DNA of 63,199 bases, from positions 1 to 63,199 of the forward strand of contig BEIG01000003.1 in NCBI GenBank assembly GCA_002898795.1. The letters run 5' to 3'. Each line of letters starts with the position of its first letter. Within the stretch, counting starts at the first letter, position 1. Of the stretch, positions 42,273 to 51,825 are shown piece by piece. The position numbers and the translations under genes were made by a program. The stretch comes from a bacterium HR30. GTDB lineage: Bacteria; Desulfobacterota; Binatia; HRBIN30. Below the pieces are notes generated by a model that saw only the letters and a program-made list of their open reading frames with translations, searched no databases and was not told the origin of the DNA.

Positions 42273-42633
42273 ACGGAGAGGGCCGGGCGGCCGCTCGGGT
42301 GAGAAATGACCCGGGAGGAAAGTCCGGACTCCATAGGGCAAGGTGGCCGCTAACGGCGGCCTCGAGCGATCGAGGGAAAGTGCCACAGAAAAGAGACGAC
42401 CAGCAAGCCAAGCTTGCCGGAAACGGTGAAAACGGTGCGTCAGCGCACCAGCATTCGTGGTGACACGGGTGCTCGGCAAACCCCACCTGGAGCAAGACCA
42501 AAGAGAGGGCGCGTGGCCCGCGCAGGCCCTCCGGTGCGTCGCTCGAGGCGGTTGGCAACAACCGTCCCAGAGGAATGGCCGCCACCCAGCCCGAACGGGC
42601 GGGAACAGAATCCGGCTTACAGGCCCTCTCCGT
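42273..42633 (+). ncRNA. rnpB: RNase P RNA, bacterial type A
   Basis: P1 ACGGAGAGGGCC/GGCCCTCTCCGT, GAGGAAAGTCCGGACTCC, GGAAAGTGCCACAGAAA, GGCAAACCCCACCTGGAGCAAG and AACAGAATCCGGCTTAC. Confidence 0.97.
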
Positions 42634-42921
42634 TTCTCCGTCCGAAACTTTACCACTAGCGCCGAGCGTGGGTGGGAATAATTCTTCCAGCGCATGGGTA
42701 GCGCCGCGTACGCCGCGGATGGCGGCGTGACAACTTCCTAGTGCGGTCACTCCACGCCTAGGCCTTGGGATAACCAGCCCCAAAGGTTGTCGGCGCACCG
42801 CCGGTCCGCCACTCCGCTGAGTTTGGCGGGGCGTCCCCCTGAGGCCAAGAGACCCTGGCCCCAGCCCTAGGGAACCTTTGAAAGCAGTTTTTTTAACTCT
42901 GCGTTGACTAGGGGTCGCCAG

Positions 42922-42985
42922 TTGGTGTACAGGGGCGGCCATTGGATTAAAGTGGTAGAAAGTGGCATGTAGGGCCATTGGGTGG
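42922..42985 (+). promoter_or_regulatory. MraZ operator (10-bp-phased GTGG repeats), overlapping a candidate promoter with -35 TTGACT at 42904
   Basis: GTGG at 42952, 42962 and 42982. Degenerate in-phase boxes at 42922 (TTGG), 42932 (GGGG), 42942 (TTGG) and 42972 (GGGC). Confidence 0.75.
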
Positions 42986-42988
42986 GCG

Positions 42989-43438
42989 ATGTTTCGGGGC
43001 ACTTTTGAGCATACGGTGGATGAGAAAGGTCGAGTGAGCGTGCCCGCACGTTTCCGCGCGTACTTGGAGTACGTGGAAGATAGGCGAGTCGTCGTCACCA
43101 ACTTCCAGATTGACGGGGTTCCGTGCCTGGACGTTTACCCGCTTTTGGAGTGGCTCAAGCTCGAAGAGCAACTGCGAGCCAAGCCGCAATTCGATCCGGG
43201 AGTACTGAGGTTTGTAATGTACTACGTCGGCAGCGCACACGATTGCGAGATCGACGGGCAGGGCCGGATCTTCCTACCGCCCACGTTGCGCGAATACGCA
43301 GGGCTCAAGCGACACGTGGTCTTTGCCTCTGCCATCCACAAATTCCGCATCTGGGATCGCGACAACTGGCGCAAGGTTCACGCTGCGGCGAGCGAGGTAA
43401 CAAAGCAACCCGAGCTGTTGCAGCAGCTGGGGGTTTGA
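42989..43438 (+). CDS. mraZ: Transcriptional regulator MraZ
   Basis: MFRGTFEHTVDEKGRVSVPARFR and DGQGRIFLP..LREYAGL. Confidence 0.96.
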   Translation: MFRGTFEHTVDEKGRVSVPARFRAYLEYVEDRRVVVTNFQIDGVPCLDVYPLLEWLKLEEQLRAKPQFDPGVLRFVMYYVGSAHDCEIDGQGRIFLPPTLREYAGLKRHVVFASAIHKFRIWDRDNWRKVHAAASEVTKQPELLQQLGV

Positions 43439-43439
43439 G

Positions 43440-43805
43440 ATGGCGGAGCACGTCGTTCTGAGAAACCGAGTTTTACCGGTGAGCGAACCGGTCCGTTCTT
43501 CGCGCCCGAAGACAATGGCCTTGCGCGATCTAGCCGAGCGGCGCGTGCTTTTGCGCATGGTTGTTACCTTAGCTGTTGCCGCAGCGGTTGTTGGGGGAAC
43601 CAACGTTGCTCTTCGATTACGCGTTGCCGAACTTGGCTATCGGCTTGCGGCAACGCAGGAAGCCATCGAGCGTCTCGAGCTCGAGCACAGGGAACTTCGA
43701 GCCCGCGTGGCGCTGAGCGACGACCCCGAACGGCTCTTACACCTTGCGCGGGTTCGGTTAGGTCTTTTTCCCCCCGCGCAGAGTCAAAAGGTTGTGCTGC
43801 CGTGA
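43440..43805 (+). CDS. ftsL: Cell division protein FtsL-like
   Basis: One TM segment, then a leucine-zipper coiled coil ending ERLLHLARVRLGLFPP. Sits immediately upstream of ftsI. Confidence 0.75.
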   Translation: MAEHVVLRNRVLPVSEPVRSSRPKTMALRDLAERRVLLRMVVTLAVAAAVVGGTNVALRLRVAELGYRLAATQEAIERLELEHRELRARVALSDDPERLLHLARVRLGLFPPAQSQKVVLP

Positions 43806-45745
43806 GCTCCTTCGTGCGCTTGACTGATTCACGCCTTCGCCTGGTCAGTGGTTTGGTTATTCTTTTGTTTGGTGCGTGCTTTGCCCGTGCTGCGTACCTT
43901 TCTGTGTGGCAAGCAGAATTTCTTCGCGGCCGTGCTCGCCAGCAACACACGCAGCGGGTCGCGGCTCCGGCGGAGCGCGGCCCAATTGTCGACCGGAACG
44001 GCCAACTGCTCGCGTTGACGCTGGAGGCCAGCGATGTTTTCTTACGCCCGGCCGAGTTCGATCCTGAAGGGGCCGCTCTACTGGCGCAGGCGCTGGGGAT
44101 CCCCGTGGACCTCGTGCGCCAGCGTTTGTCTTCTTCTTCGCCTTTTGTTTGGCTCAAGCGGAACGTGCCCCGCGCGGAAGCGGAAAAAGTTGCCGCACTT
44201 CGTTTGCGGGGCGTTGGGCTGCAGGAAACCCGGCGCCGAGTCTACCCTATGGGGTCTTTGGCCGGACAGGTGCTCGGAACGGTGGACGTCGATCTTCGCG
44301 GCTTGAGCGGGGTCGAAGCCGCTTACGATCGATTTTTGCGGTTTAGCAGGGGCTTCGGGCTGGTCGAGCGAGACGCTCGCGGACAAAGGTTGCGGAGAGG
44401 TGGCGAAGGTGGCGTCAGCATTCGCGACGGGGCTCGGCTGGAACTGACCATTGATGTGAACCTACAACGCGCCACGGAGGCGCACTTGGCAGAGGCTGTA
44501 GAACGAACACGCGCGCTCCAAGGCCTGGCGATCGTGCTAGACCCACGAACGGGCGAAGTGCTCGCTTTAGCGCATTACCCCTGGTTCGACCCAAACGACC
44601 GCAGCAGCGCAGCGCGCGCGAATGCCCGGATCCGTGCCGTGACCGACCCCTTCGAACCCGGCTCTACCTTCAAGGGATTTGTCGTGGCCGCCGGGCTGGA
44701 ACACAAGGTGGTCAGCCGTGACGAGCGTCTGTACTGCGAAGGCGGTCGGTACAGGGTCGGCAATCGCGTCGTTCGCGATCACGACGGCTATGGCTGGCTG
44801 TCGGTGGCTGATGTCATGCGCCACTCGAGCAACATTTGCACCGCCAAAATCGGTGAACGGCTTGGCGCGGAGCGCCTCTATGAGGCTTTAACGCGGTTCG
44901 GTTTCGACCGAATTACCGGTATCGATCTTCCCGGAGAAAAGGCCTATCCATTGCGCCCCTGGTCTCGATGGGCACGCATCCACTTGGTAACGACCAGTTT
45001 CGGCCAGGGAGTTGCGGTGACGCCCATGCAACTGGCTGCAGCGTATGCTGCCCTGGCCAACGGCGGTACGCTGGTGCGGCCTTATGTCGTACGCCGAGTG
45101 GTTGCAGACGATGGTGCCGTCCTGTTCGAAAACCAGCCGCACGTCGTGGGCCAGGCCGTGAGCCCGCAAGTGGCCGCTATTGTCTCGGAGCTGCTCGAGG
45201 GAGTCGTACAATCCGGGACTGGAACGAAAGCACAGATCCAAGGGCTTCGGGTTGCCGGCAAAACAGGTACGGCGCAAAAGGTTGAGATCGGCACCGGCCG
45301 GTACTCCCCGCGCGATCGCATTGCTTCGTTTGCCGGGTACTTCCCGGTCGAGGCCCCACGGTTTGTCGTAGTCGTCGTGATCGATACCCCGCGAACGATG
45401 ACATATGGTGGCTTAGTTGCTGCGCCCGTCTTCCACGAAATCGGTGAGTTTGTTGCCGATCAATTCGGCTTGAGATTGGCCGCGGCAGCCCCGCTTCCCC
45501 CGCCCGTGCTTCCGAGCAGCTCTCCCTCCCTGCGGACAGCGAAATGGGCGGGGGAGGCGGTTTTCTTGGGAATGCCGAGCTTCCTCGGGCTCAGCCTTCG
45601 GGAAGCGTTCCAGCACGCGCGGCGCGCCGGGTGGGAAGTAGAGATAAACGGATGGGGGTATGTGATCGCACAAGATCCGCCCCCGGGAACTTTAGCAGCA
45701 CCAGAGAGAAAATTGCGGTTGACGTTGGCGCCCCCGCTGGGGTGA
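43802..45745 (+). CDS. ftsI: Septal transpeptidase PBP3 with C-terminal PASTA domain
   Basis: Motifs RGPIVDRNG, EPGSTFK (SxxK), SSN and KTG, plus a PASTA domain. Confidence 0.95.
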   Translation: MSSFVRLTDSRLRLVSGLVILLFGACFARAAYLSVWQAEFLRGRARQQHTQRVAAPAERGPIVDRNGQLLALTLEASDVFLRPAEFDPEGAALLAQALGIPVDLVRQRLSSSSPFVWLKRNVPRAEAEKVAALRLRGVGLQETRRRVYPMGSLAGQVLGTVDVDLRGLSGVEAAYDRFLRFSRGFGLVERDARGQRLRRGGEGGVSIRDGARLELTIDVNLQRATEAHLAEAVERTRALQGLAIVLDPRTGEVLALAHYPWFDPNDRSSAARANARIRAVTDPFEPGSTFKGFVVAAGLEHKVVSRDERLYCEGGRYRVGNRVVRDHDGYGWLSVADVMRHSSNICTAKIGERLGAERLYEALTRFGFDRITGIDLPGEKAYPLRPWSRWARIHLVTTSFGQGVAVTPMQLAAAYAALANGGTLVRPYVVRRVVADDGAVLFENQPHVVGQAVSPQVAAIVSELLEGVVQSGTGTKAQIQGLRVAGKTGTAQKVEIGTGRYSPRDRIASFAGYFPVEAPRFVVVVVIDTPRTMTYGGLVAAPVFHEIGEFVADQFGLRLAAAAPLPPPVLPSSSPSLRTAKWAGEAVFLGMPSFLGLSLREAFQHARRAGWEVEINGWGYVIAQDPPPGTLAAPERKLRLTLAPPLG

Positions 45746-45748
45746 CGT

Positions 45749-47176
45749 ATGTTCAATACAGTTGTCGAAAAGGCTGAGCTTGTCGCCGAAATGGAGTGGA
45801 CCATCGGAGAAGTCGTGGACGCCACCAACGGCACGACTCTACTGGCGAGAGACCAGGTCATTCGCGACGTCTGCACCGACTCACGGCGGGTATCGCAGGG
45901 TGCGTTGTTCTTCGCCTTAAAGGGCGAACGCTACGACGGGCACGCGTTCGTGGACCAGGCTTTGGCCAGTGGCGCTGCGGGGGCTGTGGTGAGCATGGTT
46001 CCCCCTGGTGTTGCACCCGAGAAGTGTATCGTGGTGGATGATACCCTGCGCTCGCTGGGTGACTTGGCGGCTTGGACGCGTCGCCGTGAGGGTTGGCGTG
46101 TTGTCGGCCTGACTGGCTCTTCGGGTAAGACCACAACGAAAGAGCTGATTGCCTCCGTGTGCGCGCAAGCGCGGGGAGAAAACAAAGTTTTGAAAACGAA
46201 AGAAAACTGGAACAACCTCGTGGGTTTGCCCCTAACGATTTTCTCCGCTCGCGGGGAAGAAGAAATTGCCGTGCTGGAGATGGGCATGAATCGGTTTGGC
46301 GAAATCCGGCGACTGACCGAGATCGCTCAGCCGGATATCGGGCTCATCACGAATATCGGCTTGGCCCACGCTGGAGGCGTGGGTGGCACCCAAGAAGGGG
46401 TGGCCCGCGCTAAAGGAGAAATCATCGAAGCACTGAAGCCCGAGGCCACCTTCATCGCCAATGTCGAAGACGAGTGGGTTTGTCGACTAGTGCAACGCTT
46501 CCGTGGGCCAAAGATTACCTTCGGAGCGGGCGGTGATGTTCAGGCTCACTGGGTGCGCGACTTGGGACTGGGCGGGGTCGTGTTCGAACTCGATTTGGCG
46601 GGTCAACGGGCAACAGTGCGTTTGCGGCTGGTGGGGGTTCACAACGTTAGCAATGCCTTGGCGGCGGCTGCCGTCGGGCTTGCTCTAGGCTTTCGTGTTG
46701 AGGCGATCGCAGCCGGTCTGGAGTGTGTGGACGTGGTGGCCGGAAGGATGGAAGTGGTGCGGTTGCGGAATGGGGTGACCGTGCTCGACGACGCCTACAA
46801 CGCGAATCCGTCCAGCGTGGAGGCCGCCCTGAAGGTGCTTCGGCGCTTTTCAGGGCGGCCGCTGGTGGTGTTGGGTGAGATGTTGGAGCTGGGCGGCGAG
46901 AGTCAACGCGCTCATCGCCTCGTCGGTGAGCGCGTTGCTGCTCTCGATGTAGCAGCGCTGATTTTGATCGGCGAAGAGACCGAAGCCACTGCCGCGGCGG
47001 CCGAGCAGGCCGGTTTGCCGGGCGAGCGGATTTACCGTTGTCGGAGCTGCGCCGAGGCCGCCGAAGCGGTCTTGCGGCTCTGGTCTCGCGGGGACGTCGT
47101 GCTGGTGAAAGGTTCTCATAATTTGCATATGGAAGAGGTGGTACGCATACTCGTTACAGCCGGGAACTCTCACTGA
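45749..47176 (+). CDS. murF: UDP-MurNAc-tripeptide--D-Ala-D-Ala ligase
   Basis: Motifs [55 protein letters not shown] and LGEMLELG. Alternative start at 45791. Confidence 0.93.
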   Translation: MFNTVVEKAELVAEMEWTIGEVVDATNGTTLLARDQVIRDVCTDSRRVSQGALFFALKGERYDGHAFVDQALASGAAGAVVSMVPPGVAPEKCIVVDDTLRSLGDLAAWTRRREGWRVVGLTGSSGKTTTKELIASVCAQARGENKVLKTKENWNNLVGLPLTIFSARGEEEIAVLEMGMNRFGEIRRLTEIAQPDIGLITNIGLAHAGGVGGTQEGVARAKGEIIEALKPEATFIANVEDEWVCRLVQRFRGPKITFGAGGDVQAHWVRDLGLGGVVFELDLAGQRATVRLRLVGVHNVSNALAAAAVGLALGFRVEAIAAGLECVDVVAGRMEVVRLRNGVTVLDDAYNANPSSVEAALKVLRRFSGRPLVVLGEMLELGGESQRAHRLVGERVAALDVAALILIGEETEATAAAAEQAGLPGERIYRCRSCAEAAEAVLRLWSRGDVVLVKGSHNLHMEEVVRILVTAGNSH

Positions 47177-48252
47177 TGCTGTATCACCTTCTCTACCCGC
47201 TGCACACTTCGATCTCCGCATTCAATGTATTTCGCTACATCACCTTTCGCTCGTTGGTTGCTGCATTGCTGGCCTTGGCCATTTCGTTTCTTCTGGGGCC
47301 TTGGCTGATTCAGCGACTCCGAAAAAACCAGATCGGGCAAACCATTCGTCCCGATGGGCCCGAAAGACACCTCAGTAAGGCTGGCACTCCCACCATGGGT
47401 GGAACCTTGATTTTGTTTTCCTTGCTGAGCGCCACGTTGCTCCTTTGCGATTTGACCAATTTTTATGTTTGGCTCCTGGTAGGCGTAACGGCCGCCTTTG
47501 GCGCGATTGGATTTGTCGATGACTATCAGAAAATCCGCCGTGGCAACGGACGGGGGTTGACCGGCCGCCAAAAACTCTTGGCGCAATTTCTGGTTGCCGG
47601 TGTGGCGGCCCTGCTTCTCTACCTCAAACCAGGCTTTTCCACAGAGCTTTATGTGCCGTTTTTTAAAAACATCCATCCAGAGCTCGGTTGGTTTTACGTG
47701 CCATTTGGCATGGTCGTGATTGTGGGGGCGTCGAATGCAGTGAACCTGACCGATGGCTTGGACGGGTTGGCCATTGGTCCGGTCATGACCACGGCTTTCA
47801 CGTACGGCATCTTTGCCTACCTTGCTGGAAGCCCGCGGCTGGCAGATTACCTGCAAATTCCGCACGTCGGCGGTGCAGCGGAACTGGCCGTGTTTTGCGC
47901 TGCCTTGATTTGCGCTGGGTTGGGGTTTCTCTGGTTCAATGCGTACCCAGCAAAAATGTTCATGGGAGATGTTGGTTCCCTCCCCCTGGGGGCGGCACTG
48001 GCCACGGTTGCCCTCGTTACCAAGCAAGAAATCGTGCTCGTGGTTGCCGGGGCTGTTTTCGTAGCGGAGGCGCTGTCGGTGATCTTTCAGGTGGCCTCGT
48101 ACAAAATCCGCCGGAAGCGGATTTTCCGAATGGCGCCGATTCACCACCACTTCGAACTCCTCGGATGGCCCGAGCCGCAGATCATCGTGCGGTTTTGGAT
48201 TGTGTCCGTGGTGGCGGCGCTTCTCGCGTTGAGTACCCTCAAACTGCGATGA
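47176..48252 (+). CDS. mraY: Phospho-MurNAc-pentapeptide transferase
   Basis: Motifs [36 protein letters not shown] and APIHHHFE. Confidence 0.98.
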   Translation: MLYHLLYPLHTSISAFNVFRYITFRSLVAALLALAISFLLGPWLIQRLRKNQIGQTIRPDGPERHLSKAGTPTMGGTLILFSLLSATLLLCDLTNFYVWLLVGVTAAFGAIGFVDDYQKIRRGNGRGLTGRQKLLAQFLVAGVAALLLYLKPGFSTELYVPFFKNIHPELGWFYVPFGMVVIVGASNAVNLTDGLDGLAIGPVMTTAFTYGIFAYLAGSPRLADYLQIPHVGGAAELAVFCAALICAGLGFLWFNAYPAKMFMGDVGSLPLGAALATVALVTKQEIVLVVAGAVFVAEALSVIFQVASYKIRRKRIFRMAPIHHHFELLGWPEPQIIVRFWIVSVVAALLALSTLKLR

Positions 48253-49586
48253 GTGGGGCGTTGGAGGCTAAACGCGTACTGGTTTTAGGTGCGGGTCGGA
48301 CCGGCGTTGCTGTGGCTCGCTTTCTTTGCGCTCGCCAAGTACGGGTTGTGCTGGCTGACCGTGAGCCAGCGAAAATCCTCAAGAGTGACCTCCCATCCGC
48401 AGTAACAGTCTGCACCGAAGAGTCCGGTGCCCAACAAGTGGCAGAGGTCGACTTAGTAGTTACCAGCCCGGGCGTGCCGCCAACGAACTTGGTCCTGCAA
48501 CGTGCACGCGAGCTGCACGTGCCAATTTGGAGCGAGATCGAACTGGCGGCTCGGCATCTAAAGGTCCCCATTGTGGCCGTCACAGGTACGAACGGCAAAA
48601 GCACGACCACGGTACTCATCGGCGAGATTTGCCGCCAAGCCGGAAAGAACGCCTTTGTTGGTGGCAACCTAGGCACGCCGCTCATCGAAGCCGCTGGGGG
48701 CGATCATTGGGCACTGGCGGTGGCGGAAGTGTCGAGCTTTCAACTGGAGTGGGTGGAAAGTTTCCGGCCCCATGTGGGAGTGTTTTTGAACCTCACGCCG
48801 GACCACTTGGATCGTTATCCGGACCTCCACGCCTACGGCAAAACGAAGTTGCGCCTTTTTGCCTGCCAAACTCCAACGGACTTCGCCATCATCAATCGTG
48901 ACGACCAGTGGATTTGGTCGCAGCGGAGCTGCCTCCGTTCCACGGTCCGTTTTTTTGCTCAGGGACCATCCTTGCCTCGTCATGCCTGGGTTGAAGGCGA
49001 CAAGGTTTACGTGTCCGATGAGAGCGGCGATGCCTGGCGACTCGAGCTCTCGGCCTCACCGTTGGTTGGCGCCCACAACCGCGACAATATCATGGCTGCA
49101 GCTTTAGCGGCGCGCTGTTTGGGACTGCCCGAGGGCGCGGTCCAGGCCGCCCTCCAGTCCGTTCGCCCCTTGCCCCATCGGTTGGAACTGGTGCGCGAAT
49201 GGCGTGGCGTGCGTTTTTACGACGATTCCAAAGGAACCAACGTCGGGGCAGTCAAAATGTCGTTGCTAAGCTTTGACCGCCCACTGGTTCTGCTCGCCGG
49301 TGGGTACGACAAAGGAGGCAGTTACGAGTGTTTGGGAGAAGATCTGCGGAATCGTGTACGCCACGCAGTCTTCTTTGGATCGGCCGGGCCGAAGTGGGCG
49401 GCGGAGGTGGGGCGCTTCGTCCCTCATACGGTTGTACCCAAGCTAAGAGAAGCGGTCCGAGTGGCTGCGGAACTGGCACGTCCCGGCGATGTCGTGCTTC
49501 TTTCCCCTGGCTGCGCAAGCTTCGATGAATTTCAAGATTACGCACATCGTGGCCGGTGCTTTCGGCAATGGGTGGAGGAGCTATGA
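48249..49586 (+). CDS. murD: UDP-MurNAc-L-Ala--D-Glu ligase
   Basis: Motifs [41 protein letters not shown] and [14 protein letters not shown] overlap with mraY. Confidence 0.96.
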   Translation: MSGALEAKRVLVLGAGRTGVAVARFLCARQVRVVLADREPAKILKSDLPSAVTVCTEESGAQQVAEVDLVVTSPGVPPTNLVLQRARELHVPIWSEIELAARHLKVPIVAVTGTNGKSTTTVLIGEICRQAGKNAFVGGNLGTPLIEAAGGDHWALAVAEVSSFQLEWVESFRPHVGVFLNLTPDHLDRYPDLHAYGKTKLRLFACQTPTDFAIINRDDQWIWSQRSCLRSTVRFFAQGPSLPRHAWVEGDKVYVSDESGDAWRLELSASPLVGAHNRDNIMAAALAARCLGLPEGAVQAALQSVRPLPHRLELVREWRGVRFYDDSKGTNVGAVKMSLLSFDRPLVLLAGGYDKGGSYECLGEDLRNRVRHAVFFGSAGPKWAAEVGRFVPHTVVPKLREAVRVAAELARPGDVVLLSPGCASFDEFQDYAHRGRCFRQWVEEL

Positions 49587-50749
49587 CCAGCTTTAGAACT
49601 ACGATCGTGCTGCCACAGCCTCGAAGCACACGAGGGCCAAGGCCTATGCCGCTTGCGCGGGCGCGGGCAGGAGATCCGTGGTTGATTGGTGCTGTGGCTC
49701 TGCTTCTGGCATTGGGAGTCATCATGGTGTTCAATGCCAGCTACTTTTACGCCCGAGAGGTGTACCGCGATCCCCTCTTCTTTCTCCGGCGTCACCTAGT
49801 GTACCTCGCCCTAGGTGTGGTGACGGCGGCGGTGGCCGCTCGTGTGCCTTGGAGGTACTGGGAAGACTGGGCGCGCAGGCTGTTTTTCTGTGGGCTGCTG
49901 GCCCTCGTGGCTGTACTATTGTTTGGGCACGAAGAAAACGGCGCGCGGCGGTGGCTATCGCTGAAAGTCGTCCCCCTCACTTTGCAGCCAGCGGAATTCC
50001 TGAAAACGATCCTCGTGGTGTATTTGGCCCGCTTCCTCTCGCGCCACCGGGATCGCTTGCACCTTTGGTCGGAGGGGATCTTGCCGCCGCTGTTTTTGAC
50101 TGGCGTTCCGCTTCTGCTCGTGTATCTACAGCCAGACTTTGGCACGGCGATGATTCTCGCGGTAACCGCGTTGGGGATGTTGGTCGTTGCCGGAATTTCA
50201 TGGAGAAAGGTCGGCGTGCTCGTCTTACTCGCTGGCGTAGCTGCTGTTGTGGGTATTCTGGCAGAGCCATACCGGATAGGACGTGTCCTCAGTTTTCTAT
50301 CGCCCTGGGAAAGCGAGCGCGGGTTGGGCTACCAGCTCGTTCAATCGATGATTGCGGTCGGCTCGGGTGGCATCACGGGGGTCGGCTTGGGATCAAGCCA
50401 ACAAAAACTCTTTTTCTTGCCCGCTGCACACACGGACTTCATCTTTGCCCTCATTGGTGAAGAGCTCGGCCTTTTGGGCGTGACGTTGGTGCTGGCGTTG
50501 TTCGCCGTGATTGCCCACCGGGGAATGCGCGTGGCGCTAGGTCACCAGGAACCTTTTGTGCGCTTGCTTGCGGCCGGGCTGACCATCACGTTGGCCTGCG
50601 AAGCATCGCTCAACATTGCGGTGGTGTTAGGCATGGCTCCGACCAAAGGGTTGGCCCTACCGTTCATTAGTTACGGGGGCTCCGCTCTAATCGGGGCGAT
50701 GCTGCGTGTGGGCATTTTATGGAACCTCTCCCGTTCAACGAGTTCGTGA
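49583..50749 (+). CDS. ftsW: Septal peptidoglycan glycosyltransferase FtsW
   Basis: Motifs NGARRW, LQPAEF, QPDFG, GYQLVQS, LPAAHTDFIF..IGEELG, PTKGLALPFISYGGS. Confidence 0.96.
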   Translation: MTSFRTTIVLPQPRSTRGPRPMPLARARAGDPWLIGAVALLLALGVIMVFNASYFYAREVYRDPLFFLRRHLVYLALGVVTAAVAARVPWRYWEDWARRLFFCGLLALVAVLLFGHEENGARRWLSLKVVPLTLQPAEFLKTILVVYLARFLSRHRDRLHLWSEGILPPLFLTGVPLLLVYLQPDFGTAMILAVTALGMLVVAGISWRKVGVLVLLAGVAAVVGILAEPYRIGRVLSFLSPWESERGLGYQLVQSMIAVGSGGITGVGLGSSQQKLFFLPAAHTDFIFALIGEELGLLGVTLVLALFAVIAHRGMRVALGHQEPFVRLLAAGLTITLACEASLNIAVVLGMAPTKGLALPFISYGGSALIGAMLRVGILWNLSRSTSS

Positions 50750-51825
50750 TGCGTATGGTCGTTGCTGGAGGAGGGACGGGCGGACACTTATTCCCCGGCG
50801 TAGCGGTTGCGGAAGCCTGTGTGGAACGAACCGGCGGGGAGGTTCTCTTCATTGGCAGCACCCACGGTTTGGAGGCAAGGGTGCTTCCCCAAAAAGGCTT
50901 CCCATTTGTTGGTCTTGCCGTAAAAGCCGCTCGGGGGCGAGGGTGGCGCGGGTGGGTAGAATTTGCCGGGCAAATGCCCCTTGCAGTACTGCGGGCCTGG
51001 CGCTTGCTCGCCCAGTTTTCGCCCGATGTGGTGGTTGGCTTAGGAAGTTACGGTTCGGTACCCGTGATCGTGGCTGCGTGGGGCCAGCGGATTCCAATTG
51101 TCCTGCTGGAGCAAAATGCCCGCCCAGGGTTGGCCAATCGGCTGCTGGGCCGCTTGGCGACGAAAGTGTGCACTGCGTTCGAAGAGGCAGGGCGTTTCTT
51201 TCCTAGCGGAAAAAGCGTGCACACCGGGAATCCTGTCCGCAGGCTGCGGGCCAGTGTGGTAGCGGCCAACAGGGGACCCCAGGGTTTTCACGTGCTGGCT
51301 TTTGGCGGGAGCCAAGGCGCGCGCTCCCTCAATCGTGCGATGGTAGAGGCTGTGCGCATCTTGCATGGTCGCATCCCGTCGCTGGTCGTTACTCACCAGA
51401 CTGGTGCGGCCGACGAACAGTGGGTCACGCAGGAGTACAACGGCCTCGGGGTTGCGGCCACTGTGTCTGATTTTATCGAGGACATGGCCACGGCCTATGC
51501 CCGCGCGGATTTAGTTGTGTGTCGTGCGGGAGCTACCACCCTTGCAGAGTTGGCTACCGTGGGTAAACCTTCGATCTTGATTCCGTACCCGTTTGCTGCT
51601 GACGACCACCAGCGGGCCAATGCAGAGATCTGGGTGCGGCAGGGTGCTGCGGAGATGATCTTGGATCGGGAGCTTTCGGGGGAGGTGCTGGCGGCAAAAA
51701 TTTTCGCTCTTGTGACCGATCCTGAGCGGCTGCAGAGCCTGTCTCGCAACGCGGCAAAGTTGGCGAGACCAGAAGCCGCCGAGCACGTCGTTCGTATTTG
51801 CGAACAAGTGAGGGGCCGACGGTGA
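50746..51825 (+). CDS. murG: Lipid II GlcNAc transferase
   Basis: Motifs GGGTGGHLFPG, EQNARPG, TGNPVR, FGGSQGA, RAGATT and DDHQRANA. Confidence 0.96.
   Translation: MMRMVVAGGGTGGHLFPGVAVAEACVERTGGEVLFIGSTHGLEARVLPQKGFPFVGLAVKAARGRGWRGWVEFAGQMPLAVLRAWRLLAQFSPDVVVGLGSYGSVPVIVAAWGQRIPIVLLEQNARPGLANRLLGRLATKVCTAFEEAGRFFPSGKSVHTGNPVRRLRASVVAANRGPQGFHVLAFGGSQGARSLNRAMVEAVRILHGRIPSLVVTHQTGAADEQWVTQEYNGLGVAATVSDFIEDMATAYARADLVVCRAGATTLAELATVGKPSILIPYPFAADDHQRANAEIWVRQGAAEMILDRELSGEVLAAKIFALVTDPERLQSLSRNAAKLARPEAAEHVVRICEQVRGRR

Noticed and set aside
42108-43101. Minus-strand ORFs of 195 and 276 aa
   Set aside because: They overlap rnpB and mraZ in antisense and do not look like proteins.
45749-45790. 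MurE remnant or MurE-MurF fusion at the murF N-terminus
   Set aside because: The 14 extra residues show no MurE C-terminal motif, and the total length fits MurF alone.
50733-50746. 14-nt match (GTTCAACGAGTTCG) to the 40-nt B1/B2 tract at the ftsW/murG junction
   Set aside because: Several chance 14-mer repeats are expected in 63 kb, and the match does not extend on either side.
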